IMG/VR virus record: IMGVR_UViG_3300023180_000018
DNA from: a virus
Direction: 5' to 3' (one strand)
Length of the DNA: 64,000 nucleotides
In this document: positions 18,212 through 29,421 of the stretch, piece by piece
Position numbering within the stretch: position 1 is the first letter of the stretch
Layout of the letters: each line of letters begins with the position of its first letter
Translations under genes and position numbers: made by a program
The notes under the pieces: generated by a model
Seen by the model: only the letters and a program-made list of their open reading frames with translations
Told to the model about the DNA's origin: nothing
Databases searched by the model: none

Positions 18212-20961
18212 TACTGTAACTTCTCACGCCAGAATATATTCCAATTTGTTCTGGAATTTTTCTTAACTGGTGCTCGGTCACCGTCATCGTCTTCGTTTGG
18301 ATTATCCAAATGCTTAATCATAAATGTCCATGCTGCTCTTGGATTTGGATTACCGTATAACGCCAAACCAGTATAAGTCGGAGCAGTTGAACCTGATAAA
18401 TCTTCGTCAGCATCCATACCCAAATCAGTGTAACTAAGGGCATTGATCGAGGTCCAGTAATCTTTAGCGACACCTGCATCGGTACCATTTGATGTGATTG
18501 TACCAGCACCACCACCGTCTGTAGTAAATAATCCCAAGTAATCTGTCTGGGCCGAACTTCTACCACAAATTGCCACTGTGCCTGCTGTGCCACTTGTTGC
18601 CACTAATGTACCTGTTCCTGTACCCGCACCGGTGGCAGTAAAGATAGTGCCCGGATTATTATCTGGTGCTCCAATAGCAGTGAAGTCAGTTGTACCTCTT
18701 GTAACAATTTGATATTCAGCAGTAGTTGCTGCTGTCGCTGCAATTGCACCAGTAGTATCCACGTCTATCTTCATAATAAACGCAGTTGCACCAGTAGGTG
18801 TTACGGTGAGTTTTTGCCCTAAATCTAAACTTAGACAATCATCTACATCAATAGTACGAGTCAAACGATCATCATCGATATCTGCTTGACTATTATATAA
18901 CCAAGCCTCGTTTCTATCTACATACGATATATAATGCCAATCCGCAGGATTATCTATTTGATCTACAGAAGCATACCCAGAAGCACCTGCTGTTTTAATA
19001 TTTGTGAAAGTTGTTGCAGTGCTAAATGCGTCACTGATTACTTGATCTCCATCAACCTCTCTGATTGCAACAGGTTGTTTATCTGCAAAATAGTGTATGC
19101 TGGAACCATAAACTGGATCTGGACCTACTGCAACCACGACTTTGGCTTGTCCGGTGCCATAACGATCATCGGTGCTTGTCCATCCTGTCAAAGGTTGTAG
19201 TGCTCTTGACAATTTTTGGTCACTAAGATTTCTTACAGTACCGTATTGGAAATTGTCCGATAGTTCACTGAAGTTGAATTCCTTTGAACCGTCAATCACA
19301 AATCTACCAATTTCTATTACGTGGGCTAAATGGTCACCTTCTTCATCAAAAAGAACAGTTGGGGTGCTTGGTTTGCTGTCGTCCCATTCGAACCCTCGCA
19401 TTATACAACCATAGAAAGCACGAATCTCTACAAGAGATGGGTCTCCGGTTTCTATCTCGTGATTATTTAACTGAAAAATAATTGGCTGATACACAGTGTG
19501 GTTTTCATCCCCGTTAGATAAAAACTGTTCGGGAGATAAAGTCATTGCATACTGTGTGCTGCTTTGACTGCTATATGTACCTGATTTTAACAGGGCGGGG
19601 AAACTGCTGGAACTACCACTTCGAGTTTGTTTAGTTCTCCAATAAGGTTGAAGTTCTGGTTGACCCCATGTTTTTGTCTGTACATCAATACTAATTTGTT
19701 GAGCAGATTTTAATGGATCTGTTGATGCTTCAATGAATACACCAGCGCCATAAGCATAAAATTCTGAACTACTACCAGCAGTTCCATAATTAGCCATTGC
19801 CCAACACACAGGTCTATTGGGATTAGAAATCGGATGACTATTTTGAGTCATTGGACCTTCTTCTGCATTGCCATGAATCATTTCATGACATACAATGCGG
19901 TCACCTCTATAGAATACACCCCAACGAGTTCTACCTCCTCCTAAGTATTGATAGTCAACCCAATACGTATTTATTTTTGTAACGTCTAATTGCATACCAG
20001 AGGGGTTTGTAGCACCACCAGTACCTAAGAGAGTGTCTTTGTTCCACTCATTTTGAAGTATTTCGTGATTACCCGTTGTACCATTGAATGTATAACGATG
20101 AACAATTCTTAATGCTGAACCTGCGCCAGGAGTTACTGATACTGGCATACCCATTTGTGTTCTGCCACCTGGTGCTGCGTCCGATCCTTTTATTTGGAAA
20201 AAGTATCCATCTGTTGAATCAAATGCTCCCCAGTTTCGGGCAACATTTTCCTTTCCTGCATCACCACTTCTGGTAGCCATCACGAACAACATACTTGCGC
20301 CATCTTCTGTACTGTGAAACAGGTTTGATGTTTGTGTTACACGATCACCTTGATCTACACCCACCGCAAGTTTTACACCACGAGTAACAGGATCCCATGT
20401 GTTACTTACTGCTGAACCACCTTCTCGTGAGTTTACAAATTCGTTAGGTAAATTGCTTTTATTAAAATCATAAGTGGCCAATATTCTAGCATCGTTAACT
20501 TTAAGTGAACCGAACCCAGTAAGCAGAGGTGGACCCTCCGCAAATGTAACAGGTCCAGAACCAAAACGATCAATGTTCCACCCATATTCCGGATTGTCAT
20601 ATCCCATAATGTTTTGTGCAGGGATATAAACATCATATGCATTTTCAACTTGACCAACGTTTACACCGTCAAGCGAGATTAACGAATCAGCTTCCGGAAC
20701 GTTGTTTTCCATCTTAGCGGTTTGAGAGTAATGTACTGCAAGAATACCAGTGCCATCCTGACGGTCATACACACCATGAACGTGAACCATTCCAAATCCA
20801 GCAACATCATATCTTTGACCTGTTTTCCAGTCGTGATTACCATATGTTGCTGTTGGAGAATTACCGCCGTTCTTAAATTCAACTTCCGCAGTGTGTATCA
20901 TGTACACACGGTCGCCAGTACTCTCCGGTGGTATCCTAGTATATCTCTTTTCGCCTGCCAT
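18211..20961 (-). CDS. large putative virion protein (lectin-like beta-sandwich core)
   Basis: 916 aa, G/T-rich; YWVDYQYLGGGRTRWG motif and a TDFTAIGA..N.PGT.FTATG segment of the kind seen in phage structural proteins. Confidence 0.55.
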   Translation of the reverse strand: MAGEKRYTRIPPESTGDRVYMIHTAEVEFKNGGNSPTATYGNHDWKTGQRYDVAGFGMVHVHGVYDRQDGTGILAVHYSQTAKMENNVPEADSLISLDGVNVGQVENAYDVYIPAQNIMGYDNPEYGWNIDRFGSGPVTFAEGPPLLTGFGSLKVNDARILATYDFNKSNLPNEFVNSREGGSAVSNTWDPVTRGVKLAVGVDQGDRVTQTSNLFHSTEDGASMLFVMATRSGDAGKENVARNWGAFDSTDGYFFQIKGSDAAPGGRTQMGMPVSVTPGAGSALRIVHRYTFNGTTGNHEILQNEWNKDTLLGTGGATNPSGMQLDVTKINTYWVDYQYLGGGRTRWGVFYRGDRIVCHEMIHGNAEEGPMTQNSHPISNPNRPVCWAMANYGTAGSSSEFYAYGAGVFIEASTDPLKSAQQISIDVQTKTWGQPELQPYWRTKQTRSGSSSSFPALLKSGTYSSQSSTQYAMTLSPEQFLSNGDENHTVYQPIIFQLNNHEIETGDPSLVEIRAFYGCIMRGFEWDDSKPSTPTVLFDEEGDHLAHVIEIGRFVIDGSKEFNFSELSDNFQYGTVRNLSDQKLSRALQPLTGWTSTDDRYGTGQAKVVVAVGPDPVYGSSIHYFADKQPVAIREVDGDQVISDAFSTATTFTNIKTAGASGYASVDQIDNPADWHYISYVDRNEAWLYNSQADIDDDRLTRTIDVDDCLSLDLGQKLTVTPTGATAFIMKIDVDTTGAIAATAATTAEYQIVTRGTTDFTAIGAPDNNPGTIFTATGAGTGTGTLVATSGTAGTVAICGRSSAQTDYLGLFTTDGGGAGTITSNGTDAGVAKDYWTSINALSYTDLGMDADEDLSGSTAPTYTGLALYGNPNPRAAWTFMIKHLDNPNEDDDGDRAPVKKNSRTNWNIFWREKLQ

Positions 20962-20964
20962 TTA

Positions 20965-21513
20965 TTACTCCAATATCTTTACGACATGTTCGACCGGTGT
21001 GACATTTCGTCTTGCAATTTCAGCGTCCGGATCTCCTGAAGCTTCTTCTAATTGCTTCTTAATCATTGCATCGATGACGTCTTGTGTAATTTCTACTTTT
21101 TGTGCCGGCTTTCTTTTTATTAATTTAGTTAGAATTCTTTTGTTATCTTGATCCTGTGTTAAAGCCCACTCAACGCGATAATTTTGCCATGTCATAATGT
21201 CATCGAGAAATTGAGATTCGATTGATTCTAAAATAGCAAGTTCTTCATCATTAAACTCAGGATCGGCCCCTATTTTTTCTGCCATTTGTTTCTGTGCGCA
21301 AACTGTTTCAGCTTGTTGTAAATCATGAATAGCGCGAATAATTTTTATTTCATCTCTTACAATAGCAATATCCCACCATGTTGAAAACCCGAACCACGTA
21401 TAGCCTTTTTCTTCGAGCATAGGTTCTATTATTTTCACAATTTCAGGAAACTTAACTGCATTTCCTTTTTTCATTTTAAAACATGTATTTCTTACATCGC
21501 GTCTTGTTAGCAT
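20965..21513 (-). CDS. hypothetical protein
   Basis: 182-aa ORF with GAGGA RBS; no motif recognised. Confidence 0.65.
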   Translation of the reverse strand: MLTRRDVRNTCFKMKKGNAVKFPEIVKIIEPMLEEKGYTWFGFSTWWDIAIVRDEIKIIRAIHDLQQAETVCAQKQMAEKIGADPEFNDEELAILESIESQFLDDIMTWQNYRVEWALTQDQDNKRILTKLIKRKPAQKVEITQDVIDAMIKKQLEEASGDPDAEIARRNVTPVEHVVKILE

Positions 21514-21532
21514 ATTATCCTCTCAAATTATG

Positions 21533-21550
21533 GGGCCCCAGTTGGGGCCC
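21533..21550 (-). terminator. GC-rich hairpin after the 698-aa gene (terminator or processing site)
   Basis: GGGCCCC-AACT-GGGGCCC about 15 nt after the stop codon; weak U-tract. Confidence 0.55.
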
Positions 21551-21565
21551 TTCATAAACTATTTA

Positions 21566-23662
21566 TTACGCTGGGTTAGCGTAGTTTCTCTCAAGTGGCG
21601 CAACAAGAGATACTGTCAAGTCAGCTCGCTGAATTGTTGCAGATGCAGCAACATATTGCGCAGTATTAGCACCAATTGCAACTACGGTAATTGGCGCATC
21701 TTCACCAGCTGAGGCCGAGCCTCTCTGAACGTTTGAATCATACGCGTATGATTTCTGTATAGAAGTTGCACCAGAAATTGTACCAGCAATATCAGTGCCA
21801 CTACTATCGTCTACTATGATTGCATCCTTCGTACCAAAGTCACGACCAGTATTATCACCGGCATCATCATTTGTAAAGAATACTCGATAGATAGCTACCG
21901 TATCATTTTCAAGATTTGGATTAAAATTAATTGTCAATGTAGATACGAATGGGAACGTGATATTATCAAATTCCGCAGGTTCTGCAATTGATGCACCAGT
22001 TACTGTTGCTGACTCATTAGCTCCAGTTTGAGCATATGCGAATGTTGTAGATGTTGGTGCTGGTGACGATAAAATTTCAAAGTTACCATTAAACGAATCA
22101 GTAGTTGCGTCTGTGTTTGCAATAGTAATGTAATCACCAGCAATAAAATTGTGATCAGCTGAAGTTGTCACTGTTACAACGCTCGCGGAGCGCGATGCAG
22201 ATGAAATAGTTGCAGCTGCATTTTGCTCTGAACCATAACCGAAGAAGTGCAATCTGTTTTGATCTCCAGTCGCAAAGTCTTGGATATAAACACCTTCGTA
22301 GTCATCAGAGCCCGGTACGTCTTTCTTACCGATTGTGAATAAGTCATCACCCACAAATCGTAATTTGAGCGGCGTAATATCTCCACGCTTAGTACCTGTA
22401 TCGCCACTATTAGCATTGATATCGCTTGATTTACGTAGTTGAGCTTGAGTCCACATGTATATCTTTTCAGCCGAAGCTTTAGTTACTAACGCATCACTGA
22501 CATCGGCATCAATATTTACAGTAAAGTACGCTGTTGGAATGGATACACCGGTTGTGTCGAATGTATCATTAAATCCAGTTTCTGAAGTATCAACTGAAGT
22601 ATTAGCCCAAGAAATACTCATATTATTAAATAAGTTACCTGAAACTGTACCGCCTGAAGTATATGTACCAGGATCAGCTGCTTCGGCATAAGAAATATCT
22701 GTACCAGTTACTGCAGTAATAGTAAATGTACCATTATAATCAGAAGGAGTAACACCAGCTATATCAATAACATCATCGACTTCAAAACTATGGCCGGCGG
22801 TTACAATTGTAGTAGTACCCGCGGCGTGTGAACCACCGGTGATGGAAACTGTATCTCCAGATGCAGCAGCTTCTGATTGTGTAATCTTTGGATCTTGTGC
22901 ATTCGCAAGTGGGAATCGATATGCCTGATATGTTACACCATCGGCGGCACCAATATCAGTCAGAGTTGTTTGTGTATATGTCTTACCGAATGTACGAATA
23001 AAGATTTCAAAGAAGTTTGTATAATCAAATTCGTTTGTATCAGCCGTGTCATCATCAGCATCCGGATTATCGTTACGATAGAATTGTACTGCCTGATTTA
23101 CTGTACCTTCTAGAAATACATCTGTTGGTGCAGTTGTATCATCGTTAATTTGACGATAGTAAACTTGGTCATTTGCATCAAGAGCACCAAGAGTAATAGC
23201 ACCAAACCAACGCTCTGAATCACGTACTGTGCCAACATAACCAGCGCGTGCATTGTTTACCGCCCAACCGCCGGTGCGAATAAGATATGGTGTGGTTACA
23301 CCTGAACCATCGTTACCAGTACCAGATGTTGTAGTTTTTTCTAAATTCCATCCTTGTGTAAATTCAAACTGCTCATCAGTAATAGGAGTCATAGGAAATG
23401 GGAATTTGATAAGATCGGCGTTTGTGCGCCATTCTTCTTTGAGGAACGAATAAAGACATTTGAGTGTCAGACCGGCTTCTTTCATACCATTATTACCATC
23501 ATCAATAACTACAGCGATCGTACGAGGATCGGCAGGAGTTCCTGCGGGTGTAGTATCGATAAAAATCTCATCAGCCGCCGCTCGTGTCTCAGTTGTCAAT
23601 TTTACTGTTGCGGACAAATCATCCGGATCAGTAATAATATCTGTAGCTACGAAAACTGCCAT
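21566..23662 (-). CDS. putative abundant virion structural or decoration protein
   Basis: 698 aa, D/T-rich; own late promoter and downstream hairpin; two repeated T..H.F..(G/D)D.I.I....(Y/F)NG.F.I domains. Confidence 0.6.
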   Translation of the reverse strand: MAVFVATDIITDPDDLSATVKLTTETRAAADEIFIDTTPAGTPADPRTIAVVIDDGNNGMKEAGLTLKCLYSFLKEEWRTNADLIKFPFPMTPITDEQFEFTQGWNLEKTTTSGTGNDGSGVTTPYLIRTGGWAVNNARAGYVGTVRDSERWFGAITLGALDANDQVYYRQINDDTTAPTDVFLEGTVNQAVQFYRNDNPDADDDTADTNEFDYTNFFEIFIRTFGKTYTQTTLTDIGAADGVTYQAYRFPLANAQDPKITQSEAAASGDTVSITGGSHAAGTTTIVTAGHSFEVDDVIDIAGVTPSDYNGTFTITAVTGTDISYAEAADPGTYTSGGTVSGNLFNNMSISWANTSVDTSETGFNDTFDTTGVSIPTAYFTVNIDADVSDALVTKASAEKIYMWTQAQLRKSSDINANSGDTGTKRGDITPLKLRFVGDDLFTIGKKDVPGSDDYEGVYIQDFATGDQNRLHFFGYGSEQNAAATISSASRSASVVTVTTSADHNFIAGDYITIANTDATTDSFNGNFEILSSPAPTSTTFAYAQTGANESATVTGASIAEPAEFDNITFPFVSTLTINFNPNLENDTVAIYRVFFTNDDAGDNTGRDFGTKDAIIVDDSSGTDIAGTISGATSIQKSYAYDSNVQRGSASAGEDAPITVVAIGANTAQYVAASATIQRADLTVSLVAPLERNYANPA

Positions 23663-23699
23663 TGTTGAATCTCCTGTGAAGAGGTGTTATTGTTATTTT

Positions 23700-23707
23700 T
23701 ATTTATA
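23700..23707 (-). promoter_or_regulatory. late promoter TATAAATA
   Basis: exact consensus upstream of the 698-aa gene. Confidence 0.7.
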
Positions 23708-23711
23708 AAAA

Positions 23712-26114
23712 TTATGGATTCTCATACTGTCTATCTAATACTTGATTAATTTGCAAAGTTGAATTAGTAGATACTAAAGTAGTTTCTAATCTTTGATATT
23801 GATATTCAAGTGAATGTGCTACTACATATATATCTGTATCAGATGTATATACATACGTATATTTAATATCATATAGTCCTGTTGTCGCATCAGGATGCGA
23901 ACCAGCCACAGCTGTGAACGCAGTATCATATGACGATGTATTACCAACTGATTCAACACCACCTAATAGAGACAGAGCTGGATTTGTGAACAATCTAACT
24001 TCGGTATCTTCATGCAAATTACTAATTGTAAATTCTACAACTGTTGGTGAATTGAATAATGCGCCACTATCAGAAGTAAAGAAATCTACTTCTGTTGCTA
24101 GCAAACCGCGTATATAGACACCTTCAGTTTTTGTAACATTTCGTTTAGTTGATAACTCATTATTTTCTTTAAACACCATATGAGTGTGTTCAGTGCCATT
24201 AAACTCCATCACTGATGCTGTATAAGTATTAGAAGTTTGGCTATCAAGTGCTGCAAATTGATAATCGTAAATTGCTGCAATATCAGTATTTGATGCTGCA
24301 GTAGGATCATACTCCCATGTATATTCTTGATATAAAGAAGCAGTATTTGTCGTAGCTGTAAAACCAGTACCTGTCAATGATTCGTTATCACCAAATTCAG
24401 TACCATTCCAGTTTTCAACTAACACAAATCCACTCGTAACATCAGAAATAAATGTAGTATCAAAGAATTCTACCACATCTCCAGTTGCACCACCACCTGC
24501 GGTTAATGTCGTTCCAGCTGATGGCAAAGTACCAGAGCCACCATCATATGCTAGTAATTTCATTGGTTGTGTATCAGTTTCACCGGCGCCGTGTCGAGTA
24601 ATCACCGTGCCGCTTCCTTCTGTATTAGCGGTGGCTTGAGTCGCCTGTGTTATTTCTGGATCAGCAATAGCGGTAAAAGAAAAATCCCAACCTTCATTTC
24701 TACCTACTGGGCTCAGCAATCCTGTATCTAATGGTATATCACCGTACTCATATATTTTTACAGCATAATTATTAAAGTTTTGTGTATTTACAGTGGTGCC
24801 TGACGTATACGTATATGTATTAGCAGTAAGTGAAGTGTTAGCAACACCATCTGTACCAATAGGCACCGAATCGCCGACTTGGCCGTCTGTTTGAGTAGTT
24901 TCATAAATTCTATATCGAGCATCTACTGCAGTCTGATTTATATCTTGTACTGTTAGATTTAATCTAAGTGATCTATCAACAGACGATGACGAACTTAATG
25001 CTCTAAATACATCTCCACCATTTGATACTAAATTTAAATCAGGTGGGTTACTACTAAATCGACAATCGATAGCAGTAATATTAACTGGACCAGCTTGGAG
25101 AACGGTTGTATCATTAATATTTCCAACACAGTTTACAAATTGACAATTTCTTAGTGTGGCACCCCCACCAAATGGAAATGCTAATCCACTTAATGTGTTA
25201 AAGATAACATTTTCAAACGGTCCTGTAGTACTACCAGCGAAGTTATCCATTGTTTGCACTGAAGATGTTGTATTATCTGAACCTGTAATACTAACATCTT
25301 TTATATTGAAATTGTCGCCGCTTAAAGACAAGCTATTTGTCAGATTTGCAATAAATACATTCTCAAATTCACTATACAAAGTAGGAGTAACTACAGTATC
25401 ACCGGTATATACAATACTATTCAAATCTGCTACTGGTGCAATCAAGGAAGTATTATAGATTTGCATTGAACATGTATTAGCCATTTCAAATGCATTCTCA
25501 CCATCAGATGCACTAAGAAATAGTATTGTACCACCTGATACTGCCGTATCTGCAACTTTAAATCCACTTTGAAAACGTGATCGTTGGCCAATAATAAGAC
25601 CAGTACCTGACGCGCCAGCGTCGTTAACTTCTAGCAATTCTGAATCAAGTACGGCTAACCAAGGAAAAGTGCCGGCGGCTGGTTGAGCTGTATTATCACC
25701 AATAATTAAATTTCGAGCGGCTTCAAATACTCCTGTTCGAGTTCGATATGTATAACCTGTTGCGGTTGATAAATCTTCGGCTCTGTAACAAAATTGAATT
25801 TCATCGTTTTGTGCAGGTTCTTCACCCGAAGCAAATGCTTCTGATACTGTTAAAATTCGAGTTGTGCCAGTTCCTGCAGTATCAGCTGTAACACGACGTA
25901 TCACTTCTGTTGATGAATGTGGTCTAATACAAACTAATCTACCAACAAATGTAGAACCTGGTCCAACTGTTCCAGCTCCGATATCACCGTTGTTTAGGTT
26001 TGCAAAAGTATCAGATACGACAAATTCAAATGCAGTTGTCGCTTGTGTTTGAGCAGGAGCAGTATCACTTGCAGCAGACGAATCGACAACAATTGGGTTT
26101 CCTCCGATAGCCAT
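23712..26114 (-). CDS. putative virion structural protein (beta-helix-like middle)
   Basis: 800 aa, T/S/G/N-rich; C-terminus DRQYENP resembles that of the downstream gene. Confidence 0.55.
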   Translation of the reverse strand: MAIGGNPIVVDSSAASDTAPAQTQATTAFEFVVSDTFANLNNGDIGAGTVGPGSTFVGRLVCIRPHSSTEVIRRVTADTAGTGTTRILTVSEAFASGEEPAQNDEIQFCYRAEDLSTATGYTYRTRTGVFEAARNLIIGDNTAQPAAGTFPWLAVLDSELLEVNDAGASGTGLIIGQRSRFQSGFKVADTAVSGGTILFLSASDGENAFEMANTCSMQIYNTSLIAPVADLNSIVYTGDTVVTPTLYSEFENVFIANLTNSLSLSGDNFNIKDVSITGSDNTTSSVQTMDNFAGSTTGPFENVIFNTLSGLAFPFGGGATLRNCQFVNCVGNINDTTVLQAGPVNITAIDCRFSSNPPDLNLVSNGGDVFRALSSSSSVDRSLRLNLTVQDINQTAVDARYRIYETTQTDGQVGDSVPIGTDGVANTSLTANTYTYTSGTTVNTQNFNNYAVKIYEYGDIPLDTGLLSPVGRNEGWDFSFTAIADPEITQATQATANTEGSGTVITRHGAGETDTQPMKLLAYDGGSGTLPSAGTTLTAGGGATGDVVEFFDTTFISDVTSGFVLVENWNGTEFGDNESLTGTGFTATTNTASLYQEYTWEYDPTAASNTDIAAIYDYQFAALDSQTSNTYTASVMEFNGTEHTHMVFKENNELSTKRNVTKTEGVYIRGLLATEVDFFTSDSGALFNSPTVVEFTISNLHEDTEVRLFTNPALSLLGGVESVGNTSSYDTAFTAVAGSHPDATTGLYDIKYTYVYTSDTDIYVVAHSLEYQYQRLETTLVSTNSTLQINQVLDRQYENP

Positions 26115-26500
26115 TAGACACTACACCTTACTAAAAATCCATTTGCTATAAAAGTATTTTCAGATGAAATAACATCTGTAACTATTTTATTTTTTTCAAT
26201 TTCCCATGATTGTACAACTTTACTACCAGAATTTAGCGTATCTCCAATAACAATGTCTGTTGCTAATTTCCATCCATCGTCAGTGTATATTTCTTGTGTA
26301 GTTCCATACTGATGTAATGTGTCATCAGTATAATAAAAAATAATTTGATCTGCTAGTTTTACAGTATTACCAGTGACAGTTGCTTCTACATCTGCTAATG
26401 TATCATAGTTTTTTGTTTTAATAACATCACCGATTGAAATGCTAGCGATTTCTTTTTGTGTATCGTCATTGAGAGTTGTTAAACAATTTGGATTACACAT
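26114..26500 (-). CDS. stand-alone degenerate Hint (intein-like) domain protein
   Basis: LNDDTQKEIASISIGDVIKT, IYTDDGWKLATDIVIGDTL and NTFIANGFLV follow Hint block patterns; catalytic residues absent. Confidence 0.7.
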   Translation of the reverse strand: MCNPNCLTTLNDDTQKEIASISIGDVIKTKNYDTLADVEATVTGNTVKLADQIIFYYTDDTLHQYGTTQEIYTDDGWKLATDIVIGDTLNSGSKVVQSWEIEKNKIVTDVISSENTFIANGFLVRCSV

Positions 26501-27672
26501 TAGTTATACTCATATGTTGCTCGATCGTCCCATACTAATTCTGTATTGGCAGTGTTATTTGCCCAAATGATTTCAATATCATCGCCTATTTCATAGACTC
26601 TTTTAATTCTCCATACCGCCGCGTCACGTGCAGAACCTGGCTCTGCTTCACCAATATAAGTAAAATTGCCTTCTTGATCAACTAATTTATCGTATTGCAC
26701 TTCTAATGCCGTCCCAATATTTAATTCTAACCTATCTATAATAGCGCTAAATGATTCTGATACAAATTTCTTTATATTTGCATCAAATATTAAAATAGCA
26801 TCACCTTCTACTTCATGTCTCTTTTGAAACTGAACATCATCCATCTGTAGGATATTTACCGAACCACCCCCAGCTGAAGATGCCCATTGGCCCATTCTTG
26901 TGTTAATGTTTTGTTTAAAATCGTTGAACTGTTTTTCAAGCTCACGTTTAAATTTTGTATCTGAAGAACTAGAATTATCTAAATTATCTTTTAACTGTTT
27001 TTCTAATGTATTTATTTCTTCTTTGGTCTGTTCAATAAAATCTAAATGTCTTTTTTCACTTTCTTCAATTTTTGTATTAATTTCAGAATATAAATTATTG
27101 AACTGAGAAGTAAAATCGGGCCCGGCCGCGCCAGCAGGTCCAGCAGGTCCTATTTCTCCTGGCTCGCCTTTTTCTCCTTTTTCACCTTTAGGTCCAGATT
27201 CACCTTTATCTCCCTTATCTCCTTTTGGACCTTGGATTCCTTGGGGGCCCACGTTTCCGATATCACCTTTTTCTCCTCGCGGGCCAGTTTCGCCAACAGA
27301 CCCGGGAATTCCTTGTTCACCTTTTTCACCGCGTTCGCCACGTTCTCCTTTTTCACCGCGTTCTCCCTGAGGGCCGCGTTGTCCATCAATGCCTGGTTCT
27401 CCTTGCGGTCCTTGCAAACCCTGCGGACCTTGTTCACCAGATTCACCTTGAATTCCTGGATCGCCTTTATCACCTTTTTCTCCTTTTTCTCCGCGAATTC
27501 CCATAGGACCAGGCAATCCAGTGGGTCCACGTTCTCCTTGAAATCCTTGTGGGCCTTGAAGAGCTTGTAAATCTTCAAAGATATTAGATAGTTTATCTTC
27601 TACTTTTGCTGCTTCTTTTTTAGCTGCTGCAATAGCAAATGAAGTTATAATAGGATCAATATTATTTTTCAT
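26500..27672 (-). CDS. collagen-like (Gly-X-Y) fibre protein
   Basis: uninterrupted GXY run of about 49 triplets, then a coiled coil and a C-terminal YIGEAEPGS...WRIKR...WDDRATY domain. Confidence 0.85.
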   Translation of the reverse strand: MKNNIDPIITSFAIAAAKKEAAKVEDKLSNIFEDLQALQGPQGFQGERGPTGLPGPMGIRGEKGEKGDKGDPGIQGESGEQGPQGLQGPQGEPGIDGQRGPQGERGEKGERGERGEKGEQGIPGSVGETGPRGEKGDIGNVGPQGIQGPKGDKGDKGESGPKGEKGEKGEPGEIGPAGPAGAAGPDFTSQFNNLYSEINTKIEESEKRHLDFIEQTKEEINTLEKQLKDNLDNSSSSDTKFKRELEKQFNDFKQNINTRMGQWASSAGGGSVNILQMDDVQFQKRHEVEGDAILIFDANIKKFVSESFSAIIDRLELNIGTALEVQYDKLVDQEGNFTYIGEAEPGSARDAAVWRIKRVYEIGDDIEIIWANNTANTELVWDDRATYEYN

Positions 27673-29368
27673 CTAAGTACTTAGTCATACTTTCTATAAG
27701 TTTGAGTTGGCTTTCTTTTAAAGCATCCTCATCACGAATATATTCTTCCTCTTCTTGATCTTGTTCTATACTATCTGGTGGTTCACTTTTTATTTCTACT
27801 GGACCGGGTTCTTCTTCATCTTCTTCTGGTCCTTGCATTTCAGGAGGTTCTTCAGCATACCGCGGATCAGTTTTTTCTGCTTTAATTTGCTTATCTATTT
27901 CTGTAATTTCTTCATCAGATTGTTGTAAAAGATAATTTCTAACCCATTCATGTGAAAAATATTTACCAACATATTCGTCCATATCACGTAATACGCCAAT
28001 TCTTTCACGTTGAATTTCCATTTGTTTCAATTCTTGGAAATAGTTATCAATAGCATAATCATAATTAATTTGTGTTTTCCAATCTTTCCATTCTTCTGCA
28101 GTACAAATTTTCTTAAGAATAAGTTGTCTTTCTAATAATTTAGTAAATAATTCACCAAACTTATTTCTTAATCTAACAATAAACTTTGAAAACTTAACTT
28201 CGTCTCGAGATATTTCTGTTGCTCTACCTAAAGTAAATGAAGATTCTGGCTGTAATCTTGTAGCAGGAACATTAAGAGATCTAAATAAAAGATTTTGGAA
28301 ATATAAAACATCTTCAATTTCACTTAAATTTTGACCACCTGGTAACGTAGTAATTTCAGTACCTTTTCCACCTTCTCTACGCGGTAACCAAAAATCTTCA
28401 AGCATAGTCATAAATTTACGATCATCACGAATTTCACCAGTGTTAGAATCATAAACAATTTTATTCTTAAATTTAGTCATTAAATCGTGTAAATATTGTT
28501 CAGCTTTAGCTTTAGGTAAACCACCAACATCTACATAAAAAATTCTTCTTTCAGGTGCTCGAGAAATTCTATAAATGACAACAGAATCTTCCAATGAACG
28601 TAATTGATTTAATGGTCTAATTGCTTTGTGTAAATATGAAAGAATGAGTTTATTATCTACATCCATATATCCACTTGTACAATATACGATTGCATCTTTT
28701 GAAATTTTCATTCCTTCTGCTTCAACAGCATTCGAAGCACCAAACGTCGCTTGCGAACCAGCTTTTTTCATAAAACCAGCAGGATTATAAAGATAATATT
28801 CGCCAATTAATTTTTCTAAAGGAATTCCAGTTTTAGGATCTTTTTCTTTTTTAACTTCACGAATTTTTTTAATATTACGAGGATCAATATATCTTACTTC
28901 TTTAATACCCTCATTTGGCTTAGATTCATCAATAAGAACATGATAATATAATCGACCATCAACATACCATCTTTTAAATATTTCATAACTCATCCTATTA
29001 AATTCTAAAATATTTAAAATACTTTCAAATTCATTATTAATTTTACTTTTAATGCTTTTAGGTATATCAATATCATCTAATACAAGACTAACAGTGTCTT
29101 CGTCTGAATCTTCTACAATGGCTTCATTGCAAATGTCTTGTATAGCTAAATCACATATTGGATCTAGTGCTAATGCTCGATATTTAGTTACTAATTCTGC
29201 TTCTGTTCTGACTGAACCGTCTAGATCAACATATGTGCCATAAACGCCGCCTGAAGCGACAGTCATTGCACCATCATCATTACTGGGGGATACAAAAGAA
29301 ACTAATTTTTTTTCTTCTTGTTCTTGTTTTTTTCGATTTATTTCAAAACCGAATAATTCTATAGCCAT
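27662..29368 (-). CDS. gp20: portal protein
   Basis: [45 protein letters not shown]. Confidence 0.97.
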   Translation of the reverse strand: MAIELFGFEINRKKQEQEEKKLVSFVSPSNDDGAMTVASGGVYGTYVDLDGSVRTEAELVTKYRALALDPICDLAIQDICNEAIVEDSDEDTVSLVLDDIDIPKSIKSKINNEFESILNILEFNRMSYEIFKRWYVDGRLYYHVLIDESKPNEGIKEVRYIDPRNIKKIREVKKEKDPKTGIPLEKLIGEYYLYNPAGFMKKAGSQATFGASNAVEAEGMKISKDAIVYCTSGYMDVDNKLILSYLHKAIRPLNQLRSLEDSVVIYRISRAPERRIFYVDVGGLPKAKAEQYLHDLMTKFKNKIVYDSNTGEIRDDRKFMTMLEDFWLPRREGGKGTEITTLPGGQNLSEIEDVLYFQNLLFRSLNVPATRLQPESSFTLGRATEISRDEVKFSKFIVRLRNKFGELFTKLLERQLILKKICTAEEWKDWKTQINYDYAIDNYFQELKQMEIQRERIGVLRDMDEYVGKYFSHEWVRNYLLQQSDEEITEIDKQIKAEKTDPRYAEEPPEMQGPEEDEEEPGPVEIKSEPPDSIEQDQEEEEYIRDEDALKESQLKLIESMTKYLDEK

Positions 29369-29380
29369 TGAGTCATCTCC

Positions 29381-29421
29381 AAAAAAATAATGGGAGTTAT
29401 ATAGTTATTTATATAACCCCC
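29381..29421 (-). terminator. gp19 terminator hairpin containing the gp20 late promoter
   Basis: minus strand GGGGGTTATATA-AATAAC-TATATAACTCCC then ATTATTTTTTT; TATAAATA at 29406-29413. Confidence 0.65.

Noticed and set aside
26114-26500. Active intein or mobile element
   Set aside because: No exteins, no endonuclease domain, and the TxxH and terminal HN residues are missing
27150-27578. Alternative-frame and antisense ORFs over the collagen gene
   Set aside because: By-products of the stop-poor GXY repeat
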